Shown in pieces: positions 51,280-64,000 of a DNA stretch of 64,000 nt (positions within the stretch are counted from its first letter, which is position 1; each line of letters starts with the position of its first letter). The DNA lies in assembly GCF_006345805.1 (NCBI RefSeq), contig NC_043006.1, positions 29,822,001 through 29,886,000 on the forward strand. The letters run 5' to 3'. The position numbers and the translations under genes were made by a program. The notes beneath the pieces were generated by a model. The model had not been told where the DNA came from. It made no database searches and saw only the letters and a list, made by a program, of their open reading frames with translations. The DNA is from Octopus sinensis. Its lineage: Eukaryota.

Positions 51280-51775
51280 TACCATCAAAGTGAGACTGGG
51301 GTAAAATATACAAAGCCCAGTGTACCCATCATGACTACCCATCTGACAAAGATATACCAGGCATATGCATCACAACCATATGTGCGCGACATGGTGATCA
51401 CATATCAAGATAAACAACACATGACATTGCAGATGGGGCCCAGTTAGAATTTTATTCTGGTCCTTGAATTAGAGTTGCTTAAGGATGTTGAAAGAAACAC
51501 CAATGTTTCCAGAGGTGAATTATTCAAACTCCAAAGAATTCCTCTCAACACATGGCTATGATGCTCTCCCACTACTTTTGCTCGTGATCAGAGATGCACA
51601 TATCGTCATCCACTAAGGAACATGCTCAACTGGTTACGGTCAAGCAAATCTGTGGTATTGGGAAGAATATTTGCAGTAGTCCATCTTTTATACCAAGACA
51701 AAACAATGTACATGATAACACTTCCAATCAGTTAAGATCAGAAGCCTTGAGAGCCACCCTGCGTCCTAGGGCGAG
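51280..51775. mobile_element. Unclassified interspersed repeat
   Basis: Compositionally distinct block between two LINE fragments; recalled as a recurrent octopus repeat, not verified. Confidence 0.35.
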
Positions 51776-51839
51776 TGCCGGATAAGAGAAGTTACAGTAT
51801 GAAAGTTTTGGGGGGAGTGGTAGGGACAGTAGCGAAATA

Positions 51840-52385
51840 TCTTCATGTAATACAAAACAGATATTTAAATTGATAGGATTTTTCTAAGGATTTGGGTAGT
51901 ACTTGTCAGCATGATTTTTTTTTCTGAGATATGGTTCTCCTGGGATGTTGTCTAGATATTTCTTAGCTCCTTTTTATCATAATTAGAGCACCTACAATAA
52001 CAGGAACAGTTCTTGCTTTAAGATGCCACAACTTTTGTATTTCAATTTCCAGGTCCTTCTATTTACTTAATTTGTCAGATTCCTTTACCGATATATTTTT
52101 ATCAGTGGGAACACTTACAACTATTAGCCTACAAGTATTTTCTTCCCTGTCTTTAATAATTATGTCTGGTCGATTAGCCTGGATCGTTCTGTCGGTGTTG
52201 ACTGGAAAATCTCAGAGGATAGTGACATTTTTACTTTCGACAACTGGCTCAGGATGATGGTCATACCAGTAAATAGTAGAACCGATTTTGTAGTTTTAAT
52301 ATATTTTCAATGTGGATACTGTCCCACCCTATCGACTTATATTCGGTTGGTGTCAGCGCAGGATATCTCGAAACGATATGGTCTA
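51840..52385 (-). mobile_element. R4/Dong-like LINE RLE-domain fragment
   Basis: Minus strand: PEPVVESKNVTILWDFPVNTDRTIQANRPDIIIKD..VSVPTDKNISVKE.DKLSKYKDLEIEIQKLW..VPVIVGAL. Confidence 0.85.
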
Positions 52386-52397
52386 TTGTTTCGTCAA

Positions 52398-52765
<368 letters not shown>

Positions 52766-55700
52766 GAAGTGGGAGACAAGAAGGCGGTAAAGTATGTAAA
52801 GTTGATAGAAGAATGTAAGGGAGTTGGATGGAGAACAGTGGTGGCTGTGAGCAGGGATTTTGAGGGGTCTGCATTTTGAGCGGGGATTTTGATGGGACGT
52901 GAAGTAGAGGGAACAATGTGATTTTTTTCTTGGATAAGAGAGTAGGTTCGTGGTTAAGGTAGAGGTAGGCTAGCAGAACAGAAGGACGTATTGTATAGCA
53001 CATCGCAACGCTCCAATATAGAAGCGTCCAGCCAGCTAAAGATTTATTTAAATAACCGAAACAGCGATGAGATCTGGTGTATTGCTGATGATTTCCCAAT
53101 TGTTTCTAATTTTAATGAATTGTATTGGTGTGTGTATGTGTGTGTATTTTTGTGTGTATGTGTGAGTGTTTGTGAATATGAGTGTCTCTGTGTGGGTAGG
53201 GGATACACAATTCGAGTTTGACTAGTCCTGCTTTTTTTGCCAGAATTAGTCACTTAAGACCAACTACATCTGTTAACAACCACTTTCCTATTGAGGTTTA
53301 TATTTTACGAGTCATTTTTGTATGTATGTATGTATGTGTGTGTATTGTATGTATGTATGTGTGTGTGTGTATGTGTGTGCATGTATTTTATGTATGTGTG
53401 TATGTATTGTAATGCATGCATGTGTATATTTTTATATGAATGTATGTATCTATTTCTGTATGCATGTGTGTATGTTTGGAGGGCTGGATGGATGGGTGAA
53501 TGTATGTATCACTCCGACAATCTATATATTTATCTTTTTCAAGATGCTTATATAATCTTTATCTATGAGCTCATCTATCCTTTTATGTGTGTGTGTGTGT
53601 GCGCGCGTGCGTGCGTGTATACGTGCGCGCGAGCGTAATTTCTCGTACCATCTGTCTGCATATCTACATATATTTATATAACCTTTATGTTATTTTTCTT
53701 TTCTGCATCAGTATAAAAATAAAGTATTCACAGAAGAATGCGATGATTTTAAAAAGTAGCCACCATTGTTTGCAAAACTCGGCTAACCAAAAGTGAATGA
53801 GATAACGGAAAATGTTAGGAATGTCTTTAAGCTATTTATTACCTTCTATTTATGAAGGAAAACTTATCTTTAAAACTATTTTTGTTAATGATTAGCGTTT
53901 ATGTCCGACAATCCGGCTTTTGACTTACTTCCGGTCCAGTTTCGTTAACGCTTGCGATAAAAAAAAATGTAAAATTTTCGAGAAATGAAACATGCCAGAT
54001 AAATGTTAGAATAAAAGAGTTGAAATTATAAGGTGGGTGGTCTATTTGATAATGTCAAATTTTAAAAAGAAGTTGAGAAAATGTCAACTAGTTGTTGTTG
54101 CTGTTGTTGTTGCTGTTGTTGGAGTTAATTTACTTCATTGATATATTCATCTTAATGCTCGTTACAAGAAATAAGTAAATAAATGCCAACTTTTTGTGCC
54201 ACATTCAAGCATATCTGTCTCTTGTATTTTATTATATTCTGAGGCAGGATTTATAGTTGCAAGCTTCGTTATATAATTTCGCGCCTCAACGATTGAGGTT
54301 AAGCTCAATCTTAAAAAGACAGAATAGAGTATCGAAAATGAAGTAAAAATGTCGAAAAGATATCGAAAGCGGATAAACAGAATTTTACAGAAATTGAAAC
54401 AAAGACAAATATGTTTAAATTTTGCTGTCGTACCCTCAAAAAATTTTGTTCTGTTGTCGTTATTTAGCCCTAGGTCGGTAAGCTTATGATCAAAAACATT
54501 CCAGCTATAGCCATTCCATTTATTTTATGCCTTGGATTATTTTTCCATCTTTAAAATGATAGGTTGTGATTTGAGGAATATTTCGTTGGTATTTCAAACG
54601 GATCGGGTGACCGCATCGAGGCTACCTCCTTGACCGAATTTTGTTTCTTTTCTAAACAGCAACTGAGAAATAATTTAAAGTTAAACATAAAATTAACGGA
54701 ATATTCTCGCGCTGTCAGATTATTTTACAATTTCATAATTGACTTTTCCCAGTTATTTTGGATTTTTATCACCTTTCGGAATAGACCGACACTAGTAGTG
54801 TTCCTCCTAAGCTGTTTGTTTGTAAATGCATACATGTTTTACAACTTGCGCACAAAAGAATAAAATGTACGCACAAGGTTTTCAAGATGAAATCGATTTT
54901 TTTTTTAATTGGAGGAATTAATTGTGAAATTTCATTAATTGTTTTTTAATAAAACACATTTTAAAATATATATTTGCTTAGGTGGTCAATGTGGTATTTA
55001 AGTGATTGTTATTAGCATGCATGTGTACATACTTAGCTAAAAAAAAAACAAAAGAAAAATTGTGTACACTCATAGGAATAAATAGAGGGAGTATTGAGCA
55101 TGAGATCATGAAGAAATGCATCATTTAAAGATGCGAAGAAAACAAAAAATAAGGAACTTGAATAAAATAAAAGGATAAAATTATCATTTCCAAGATAATA
55201 TAATTTGACATGGTGGTGCATAATGGGTTTTTTTTATGCAAATTTATAAACAATAACAGAAATGGTTCATATGTTTACTTCTCAGAAAAGCCAAGAAAAA
55301 GGAAACTGTCGTGTCAGTAGCTTCGGTATCGTTTCCGCTCAAACTTTTTCTCTTTCCCACAAGGGAAAATGGAAAATGTTTAAACCTTATCAGGAATCTT
55401 AACTCAAAATTCAAAAGCCATATTTTAAGTAGTTTATTCAACAATCTTTATATGTTTTATCTTGTAAGTATAAATGTCTAAAATAATAAAACACTCGCAA
55501 CTATCTACAACTGGGTTGAAATATCAGTAGACATTATTACGTTCTAATTATAAAGAAATGATTTCAAAACTGTCAGATCTCGAGGGGCAGATACAAAAGT
55601 TATTCCTTTTTTAAACGGCTGTAGTCTATTAAGAGATGGAAACACATATGAATGCTGCCGTTACTCTGCGATAGCTTGGGAACTGGAAATGATGTTTCTA

Positions 55701-56258
55701 TACGACGACGATTCTGTGTTTATCAAAGTAAACGCAGAACGGTTATTAATTTCTTTTCTATGTCAATAAGTTACAAATCTTCAGCGGATTTAATGGCCGT
55801 CGGGCGTTTATATCATTTGTCACCAACCGCCCTTGTCATCTCTTAGTATGCAAAAGTTTTCATTATTACAAATTGTAATATTCTGAGTTCGATTCCCATC
55901 AGGGTTGATAATTTTTTTTCCTCCTTCGTTTTTATGGGATATATCCTATATTTCTTTTATTGATTTCAGTCTTTGAACTTCGGTCAAGCTGGGGGAACTG
56001 CTTTCAAGGATTTTAAGCGCGGTCTGTGATTTATCTTTTCACCCCCACCCCACACACACATATTCTTGACGTCATAGGAATTTATCGACTTCAAGAGAAC
56101 ATGAGGTAATTCTTTTTATCTGGAACTATGAAACTCGAAGCAGATAAAGCTATAAACAAATGGTGTAGATATTCGATTTGAAATCTCTTTTTTGCCCACA
56201 CGGATTATTAATACAATATTTATAGTTTCATGTGCTTCGACATTCATTGTTCCAAAAT

Positions 56259-56298
<40 letters not shown>

Positions 56299-57225
56299 GA
56301 GTTTGTGTATACTGTAAATATATATATATATATATATATCCATATATATATATATATATCCTATAACTCTATCAGCTGTCTTGTTATTAGTTGATTCGAC
56401 ATGCAACCTCATTTATTACTGTTCCTCCCCTTCTCTCACTCTCTACTACTCTAACTACACCTTCGCCAGAACTTCAACTAACAATTCCTCTCCTTTACCT
56501 TCTCTTTCTACTATTACTACTCCCCTTTCCGCCCCTACATCTACCACTCCCTTTAATATCAAATACTTCAACACGATTCACAATTTACTTTTGCCACAAA
56601 CACATAAACGTTTTTAATTTCAAAGCTGGAGTGTTCACTGTCATGTGATGGCTATCGTTGGTACTAAACTTTCACCACTATGAGAAAAAAAAGGAAACGT
56701 TGCGTAATACTAAATGTATAATAATTATAAATCTACGTTGATTCATACAGGAGAATATAGTCAATAAAACACAAACCGTTTTTGCAAAAAAGCAAAACAT
56801 GGAATTTGATTACAGGTAAATGTTATCAAATGCTTCCCAGCACTTCGTGGAATTTTCCAGAGGCTTTTCGGATTTTTAAATTTCGAATAAGGAATTTCCA
56901 ATCTGTAACATTATCAGTGTATTACATTATCATTATTGCAATTGATAATTATTATTATTGCTTTTGATGAGATATTTTTATGGTAAATAAAAATAACTTG
57001 AGAAATATGTTAGACTTCATTTTCTTTAAATTTGATTCAATAAATAGTTGCAAAATTAATCATTTCATTATTTTGTACAAACACACTGGCATTTCGAAAA
57101 GGATAAAGCTATAATTATTGTTCCAGTGTACAATAATTATATTACCTGATATTACCCATGCTGGCAAATGTATATTCCCAACATTACATGTCATGTGACA
57201 CTACTTGTATACATATACATGCTTA

Positions 57226-57266
<41 letters not shown>

Positions 57267-57270
<4 letters not shown>

Positions 57271-57414
57271 CCGAGGTCGACTTTGCCTTTCATCCTTTCG
57301 GGGTCGATAAATTAAGTACCAGTTACGCACTGGGGTCGATGTAATCGACTTAATCCGTTTGTCTGTCCTTGTTTGTCCCCTCTGTGTTTAGCCCCTTGAA
57401 GGTAATAAAGAAAC
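57267..57414 (+). mobile_element. SINE family A, 3' half, within (TA)n
   Basis: ccgccgaggtcgactttgcctttcatcctttcggggtcgataaattaagtaccag...; closely matches 26508. Confidence 0.9.
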
Positions 57415-57656
57415 AAATATATATATATATATAATTTTAAAAAACGGAGAAAAAAAATCAAGAAAAAGCAACGCGAGAACGTAGTACATGCAAAGTATTA
57501 ATGAGACGCTCAGAGAAGGAAAGAAAAGATGGTTGTTTTACGTTTCGAGCAAAACTCTTCTTCGGAAACAGAAGACGAAGGAAAGTCCAAAAGAAAAGAA
57601 AGAAGGAGGGAAAATATCGCCAACAGTCCACGTGTAGTTACATTATATATATATCA

Positions 57657-57979
<323 letters not shown>

Positions 57980-58796
57980 TTATATAGAGTACAGTATAAA
58001 GTTCGTCCACTTTTAGAATTACCCAGTACTATCGGTCGTATTATTATATACTTCTAAGTTTAAGTTTGGGCAAACCTTCAAACGAAAAACCGCACGAAAT
58101 GCAGAGATGCTTTTTATCCGCCATGCTAACGGCGTGCTAGCTGACCATCTTACACCGAATTAAATATTAACAATCAATATTTAAATTTGTTTAGGTATTA
58201 ACGTCGATTCTTAAAGAAATGTATTTTTTATGAGATTGTTATAGAACTGAAGCAGAGTTGCATTATGGGACCTTCTGGTACAAGTTTCATGAGCAAATTG
58301 GACACAGCACTGTTGGCTAGCAAAATATAGCCCCTCCCCTGTTTACAAGAAAGCTATATCAAACAAACTTACAACCCATTTAGGGTTTATCTGGAGTAGA
58401 GCTGTTCTGCCGTCTGTTTCAGGTTGTACGGATTTTAATAAGCTTTGAAGAGAGGCCTGAAATGCGTTTGAAACCATTTCACTGGGGTAGTTAAACCACC
58501 CTGTTCAATTTACTCTCCTCTAAAAGTAAACAAACCAATGATGTTTGCAGACTAGATGGCAATCCTCTGACAAGCTAACACTTAATTTCGAAACTATTTC
58601 ACTCCACTTCGTTAAAGCTACTGATATTCTATACAAAGATATGAACGTCGCAATTCTTTACCCCCTCCTTTATAAATATAGAGAATTGTGTTCAAGTTAA
58701 ACTTGTAAATGCCATCCTAATACATAAAGAGGGAAGGCGAAGTGATTATTCCACGATTTGACGGCGACAAATTACAACTAGTTATATATTTATCAG

Positions 58797-59041
58797 ATTC
58801 GGAAACAACCTCAGCAAATATGTCTGTCTTTCTTCCAGTAAAAAAGAAAATAAAAAGCCAAAGTGAAAACAACAGCACCGTCACGACTATCACAACCAAT
58901 ATCACCAATAACATCATGCTAGAAATAGTAGCGAAATCGCCTTCAAGTCACGCCCTACCATCCTTTAAAAAGGAAAGGCCATTAGATGTTGTAGCTCTAC
59001 ATAATTTTAAAAATATGGGATGGTCACGACCGAAATGCTGA
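58797..59041 (+). CDS. Possible terminal coding exon of an unidentified gene
   Basis: tttatcag acceptor, then 81 open codons (DSETTSANMSV...GWSRPKC*), non-repetitive, AATAAA downstream; no homology recognised. Confidence 0.25.
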
Positions 59042-60302
59042 TGCTTACAGACTCGCTTGATCAGGGTTGACCAAGGGTTAAGCAACAATAACAAAACAAT
59101 AAAAATAATAAAGAACTTACAGTTGCATTTACTCATACAGTAACTGTATCGATCATAACTGATATATTGAATCCTATGAATTTTTCCGACTTAATGCTTC
59201 GGAGTTATAAAGAAGAGAAATAGATATTTGTGAGTTCGTGTCTCACCAAAAGACACTGGTGAAGTGAAATTGTTTTAGTCGGGAATCGAACCAAGAAGTC
59301 TACCGTTATTTTGCAGTGTTTGCTAGTATTGAGTACTATGGAATATCTTACGGGAGAAGATAAACGAGAATGTGTGGCGTTGATCCTCCTTTCTTAACAG
59401 CATTCGTGATCAAAGTGAAGGGAAATGGTAACTGAAACCGAAACGCGAATTCGGATCTCAAGGAGTTTTAACGCTGGTGTTTTGAGTCTGAAGAAGTTTA
59501 TTTCAAAGAAATAAATTGAACAAGAAATAAAAATGCAACTTCCTCCACCTCATACTACTACTATTCTTCTTCTTCTTGCTTTAAAATGTTGACATTTAAA
59601 ATGTCAGTTGGTTAATAGTTTTTAATTAACTGTTCTTATCTACTTCACTCACTGGATGTCTCTCATCATCACTGCAATTCACCGCTCTATTCAGGAAAAT
59701 AAAAATATTTCATTGTGGTCGTTGAAGGAGACGAAAAACTAAATAAAATACGACACTTGAATTATTTAATGACACGAAAATAAATAAAACACCTTCAGCT
59801 CCGCTCTTCATATCCTGACAATAAATTCAGCTTCTGTTCAGTGACTCTCATCACTTAATTTCATCACTATTTAAAACACGTATCTACCATTGTCATGCCA
59901 TATAACACCATCTTCAAATTCAATAATACGGAATAGAATTATCTTTCTAAGTTTTTGCCTGTGGTTGTAAACAGAGAAAAGAGTAAGAATCCCTAGAATT
60001 TAGGTTTCAGAAATTCCTGCTACTGCTAGCCTCAGAAGTATTCTCACAAAAGTACAATTTATAAGAGACGCTATAGATGATGAAATTGGCTAAGTTCTAG
60101 CTTGAAACTGATTAAGAATAACATTGGCACTTCATCGCTCTCAGAAGTATGAAAGGCAAATCAAGTTCAACTTCAATTTAAACCAAAAACAAAACTCTGC
60201 CCGTCATTTCTATTACTCAATCGCCCTTATTTGATGCAATAATGATTTCTTTTCACTGACATACATAGAAATACATTCAATTGATCTTTAGGAATATAAT
60301 AT

Positions 60303-60497
60303 TGGTTTCAAATTTTGGCACAAGGCCAGAAATTTGGGAGGAGGGTGCTAGTTGATTACATCGACTCCAGTGTTCAACTGGTACTTAATTTATCGACTCC
60401 CGAAAGGATGAAAGGCAAAGTTGACCTCGGCGGAATTTGAACTCAGAACGTGCAGACAGACGAAATGCCGCTAAGCATTTTTCCCGGCGTGCTAACA
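60303..60497 (-). mobile_element. SINE family A, 5'-truncated, with 15-bp target-site duplication
   Basis: ttaggaatataatat at 60288-60302 and 60498-60512. Confidence 0.92.
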
Positions 60498-60903
60498 TTA
60501 GGAATATAATATCGACATGTATTTTAAGAGACACTGAAAGAGAAAAAATCGACCTAAACGAAATTTACGCTTGAAAGTAATAACGTATTGAACTATATAA
60601 AGTAAACAATCGAGTCTAGCGCTTTACTATCTCATTTCACAACAGCCACCTTTTGAATACATTAACGATATCTTAGAAATTGCATGGGGTCGAAAGATTA
60701 GAGGCAGACTACAGAGCTTGGACAGTTCAACTGATGTCTCACCAAAATCGTTAGAGGAACTTGTTCATCTTGCCGATGACAACCGACCGAGACATCTCTC
60801 TTTATTTTTGTCTTTTAACCAAGCCACAAAGAACTGCAGGATAACTGCTGCATTTTGACAACTATACTTACCTGCCCCTTTCTCTCTTTTTCCCCTCTCC
60901 CTT

Positions 60904-60937
<34 letters not shown>

Positions 60938-61329
60938 CATTTTAAATTCAGTAACAATGAGTTTTTTCATTGTTTCATGAACAAGCAATTCTGTCTGTTT
61001 TTCTTGCTATTTTGCTGAATGTATTTCTCCTGCTGTTAGAATCTCCCAGAATAAACCATTTGAGATACATATTTCATATTTCACTTTACTTTGATATTTC
61101 ATACATGTTTCTCCTAAAAAATATTTCATATATTTTAACAATGTCGAAAAGAGTGTTATCATTTACGAAAGAAATGAAAAAGAAATGAGCGTTTTCTACA
61201 AAACCCTAGAATTTAGGTTTCAGTTATTCTTACTACTGTTGGCCTCAACAGTATTCTCACAAGAATACAATTTATAAGAGAACAGAATAAAATGTAATCA
61301 CTATCATGTAGAGCCCTTTGTGGCGAAAG

Positions 61330-62300
61330 TAGGCAGATCAGATATCGAAGATTATTTGAAATTTCAATTGCAAAATGTGGTTTCGTTACACGATTAGATA
61401 TAATCGAAATGCAGTTTTTCTTTTTTTTTTTGTAGTTAAAAAATCCACTTTTACTTTTCATTCCATTTCTCATAAACTGAGTTCCAACACACCTGACTGT
61501 TCGTCAAAATTAGTCTCAAAACGTTTTGAACCAAAGTTTCGTCTTGCGCGAACAAAATATGAAGCCGTAATTATAAATTGAATTGTACCAACGGCTAAAT
61601 TTGAGATGAAAACCTAACAGGGACAAATTTTGTGAGAAAAGACAATAACATATTTAGCCGATTAAAAACCAAACTTGAAAGGGACCTTTCTGTTATTGAT
61701 CGTGCTGCACACATGGTGCATAACTGTCTTCAGTTGTTGATTTATTGCAAATTGATATCGAAGCGCTGATTGTTATAGAACAATACGTTGAAAATTATTT
61801 TAGTGAGATGTATTTATAATTTGTACATGAACAGCTCAGCCTTTTCAACAAATTAGCTCTATCAAAGAAGAAATGTTAAATCTAATAATATAAAGGAAAG
61901 CCGTGAATTTGTGCCTCAAAATGCAGAGCCCTTCCTGAGTAAACTTGAAGAATTTTAGAGGTATTATGAAAGCTGTGTCTCGTATCTAGATCTATGGAAG
62001 TAGAACTTTGAACAGACGGACAACTTTGTGTAGTCAAATTTTGGAGACACATCTTGACCGAGTGTTGAGTAGTCTGAAGTTAAGATCAAGCAAAGGGTTA
62101 GAAAACAAGTAATAAATACTGATCATTTGTTTGATGAAGTTGTTATTGCAAAGAGCTTTGGGACTTCTAAGACAGAAATTTGGACAACACTGAACATTAA
62201 GTATGAAGAATGATGGAATTTTTTTTTTATCATTGGAAACATATTTTAGGCGAATTTATATTTTACGTTTTAATTGTCTTATAAATGTTAATTTTTGGAA
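61330..62300 (+). pseudogene. hAT-superfamily transposase relic
   Basis: DCSSKLVSK.FEPKF..ARTK.EAVI; TNF..RKDNNIFSRLK...AAHMVHNC (CxxH remnant); ESCVSYLDLW; DHLFDE; many stops. Confidence 0.6.
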
Positions 62301-62383
62301 TATGTATGTTATTGTGGACCAGATACAAACGTTTGATTTGTATATTCCCAAACACCGTTTGACTTTTTTCTCTAAGGTTTCTT

Positions 62384-62470
62384 GACACCCACGTAAGTGG
62401 TGAAACTGCATTAGGTGTCGAAATTTTAATGATATCCATTAACCAGCTGATGAGGGAAATTCCCCAGTTG
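62384..62470 (+). ncRNA. Two tandem decayed hammerhead relics
   Basis: gacacc-[core deleted]-cacgtaagtgg-t-GAAA-ctgcat-TA-ggtgtc, then cag-CTGATGA-ggg-aaatt-ccc without GAAA. Confidence 0.35.
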
Positions 62471-62660
62471 TGTTAAATTAGGATTTCGTTCTGTAGCTGT
62501 TTCAGGTTGCTGCAAATATCCAATCATTTATTTTCGTTTTGTTTTTGTTGCTTTGCTTTGGTGTTTTACGAGGATTACATAGGTTCATAGTTCTGAACTG
62601 TGAGGTTTTACGAAAGTCATTTAAACTCGAAAACAACTCGAAAGAAATCAGGTCTAACTG

Positions 62661-62796
62661 CTTCTTTTTTTTTTTAATTGATTAAATTGACTAAAAGGTT
62701 AATCTTGCTCCTTCGTAGACTTTATTTCTGGCACTTTCTCTCCTCTAAATAGTAAAGTTGTAACTCTGTGGTCACAGAATGAATGACACACATATA
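62661..62796 (+). repeat. Direct repeat, copy 1 (partner 63866-64000)
   Basis: Identical except for poly-T length; offset 1204-1205. Confidence 0.92.
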
Positions 62797-63064
62797 CATG
62801 TCATACATATTCACAAACAAGCAAACATAAAATGAAAGTAAATGCATCTGGGATGGCTTCGACAATTAGTATTCTAGTTGTTCGACTAGCAGAAACATTC
62901 ATTCATTGTATTATAACTTAAGCGGTCGGGTATTCCGCAGTCAATTGTGCCTTTAATGTAATGAGCATAACCCATTGCGATGCGACTATCTGCGTTTGAA
63001 TTACAAGCGAAGTCCATAGGACCCTCTTCCCCCGTTCCACTCTTCTCAATCTCCCAATTGCATT

Positions 63065-63177
63065 GACAACGCCAGGGTCGACCCTTGCTTGTAGTAAGAG
63101 ACACTTGCCTCATATGTCTTGCAATGAGATCGAACTCAAGACATGAGAACTGCGAAGTTAACCAAATGTCCATGCCA
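63065..63177 (-). mobile_element. Degenerate SINE family B head
   Basis: Minus strand: ggcatggacatttggtta...gagttcgatctc...ggcaagtgtctcttactac. Confidence 0.45.
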
Positions 63178-63347
63178 TTCTCTCATACACACATATACAA
63201 ACGAACACACGAACGTACACACACAAATGCATACACAAACACACTCAGATATGTGAACATATATTTACATACGCACATACAACACATTCATGTATGTTTG
63301 TATGTGTACAAGCATGCATGTAGGTAGGTGTGTGTGTATGTATGAAC

Positions 63348-63419
<72 letters not shown>

Positions 63420-63865
63420 TGTGTGTGAAGCATCGTTGTTCTGAGCTGCAGTTGTAGGTTTGCAACAGATGGGAGAAGCTATGAACAAAACAGACGGATG
63501 ACGACTACTGCCAGGAGAGATGTATGTATGCGTTGATGTGTGTAAGGATGCGGAGGAGGGAGGGGAGGAGGGCAGTGGGAGGAGTGGTAAAGAGTTCAAT
63601 TAAAGTCATTTTCTGTTTTTGTTTTCGAAAAACTCATCTGCGAATTCCTCATAACGAAAAAAAACTAGGAACAACAGTGTCAAGTTAGAATTGGACATCC
63701 CGTTAAAAAACAACGCAGCACAACCAGATGTTAAAAATGGACGTGTTTGACCCATCGAATGGTCATGGGGGAGAGAAAATAAACAGCCGCGTTCGCGCTT
63801 CTTCTTTTATTCTATTTTTGTTTCTTCTTCAATTTCGGTGTTGTTTTCTTTGTTTCCTTTTCTTT

Positions 63866-64000
63866 CTTCTTTTTTTTTTAATTGATTAAATTGACTAAAA
63901 GGTTAATCTTGCTCCTTCGTAGACTTTATTTCTGGCACTTTCTCTCCTCTAAATAGTAAAGTTGTAACTCTGTGGTCACAGAATGAATGACACACATATA
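63866..64000 (+). repeat. Direct repeat, copy 2, runs off the window end
   Basis: Matches 62661-62796. Confidence 0.92.

Noticed and set aside
59405-59460. ggt/acc-GAAA-CGCG motif
   Set aside because: No CUGANGA, the triplet reads AA, and stem I is poor.

Overview
AT-rich, microsatellite-dense animal genomic DNA. The SINE and LINE repertoire looks cephalopod (Octopus-like); this is recognised from memory and not verified by search. No host gene can be supported beyond one weak terminal-exon candidate (58797-59041), so the window is probably intergenic or deep intronic. It contains tRNA-head SINEs of about four families, CR1-like, R4/Dong-like (RLE) and RTE-like LINE fragments, and relics of DD37D (maT) mariner, Chapaev3-like, hAT and pogo transposons. 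There is also an 82-bp minisatellite element and two near-identical ~1.2-1.3 kb duplications. The main signal is a dispersed set of minimal type-I hammerhead ribozymes with CUGAAGA...GAAA cores, GUA cleavage triplets, covarying stem I and self-complementary stem III, as known from Penelope-like elements. They lie at 4522-4579, 10664-10722, 18648-18746, 48474-48550 and 48693-48770, with several decayed copies elsewhere. The last two are the arms of a 361-bp near-perfect DNA palindrome that encodes a ribozyme on each strand. The 18648 copy also has a fold-back inversion just 5' of the ribozyme. Several other long fold-backs could form dsRNA if transcribed.
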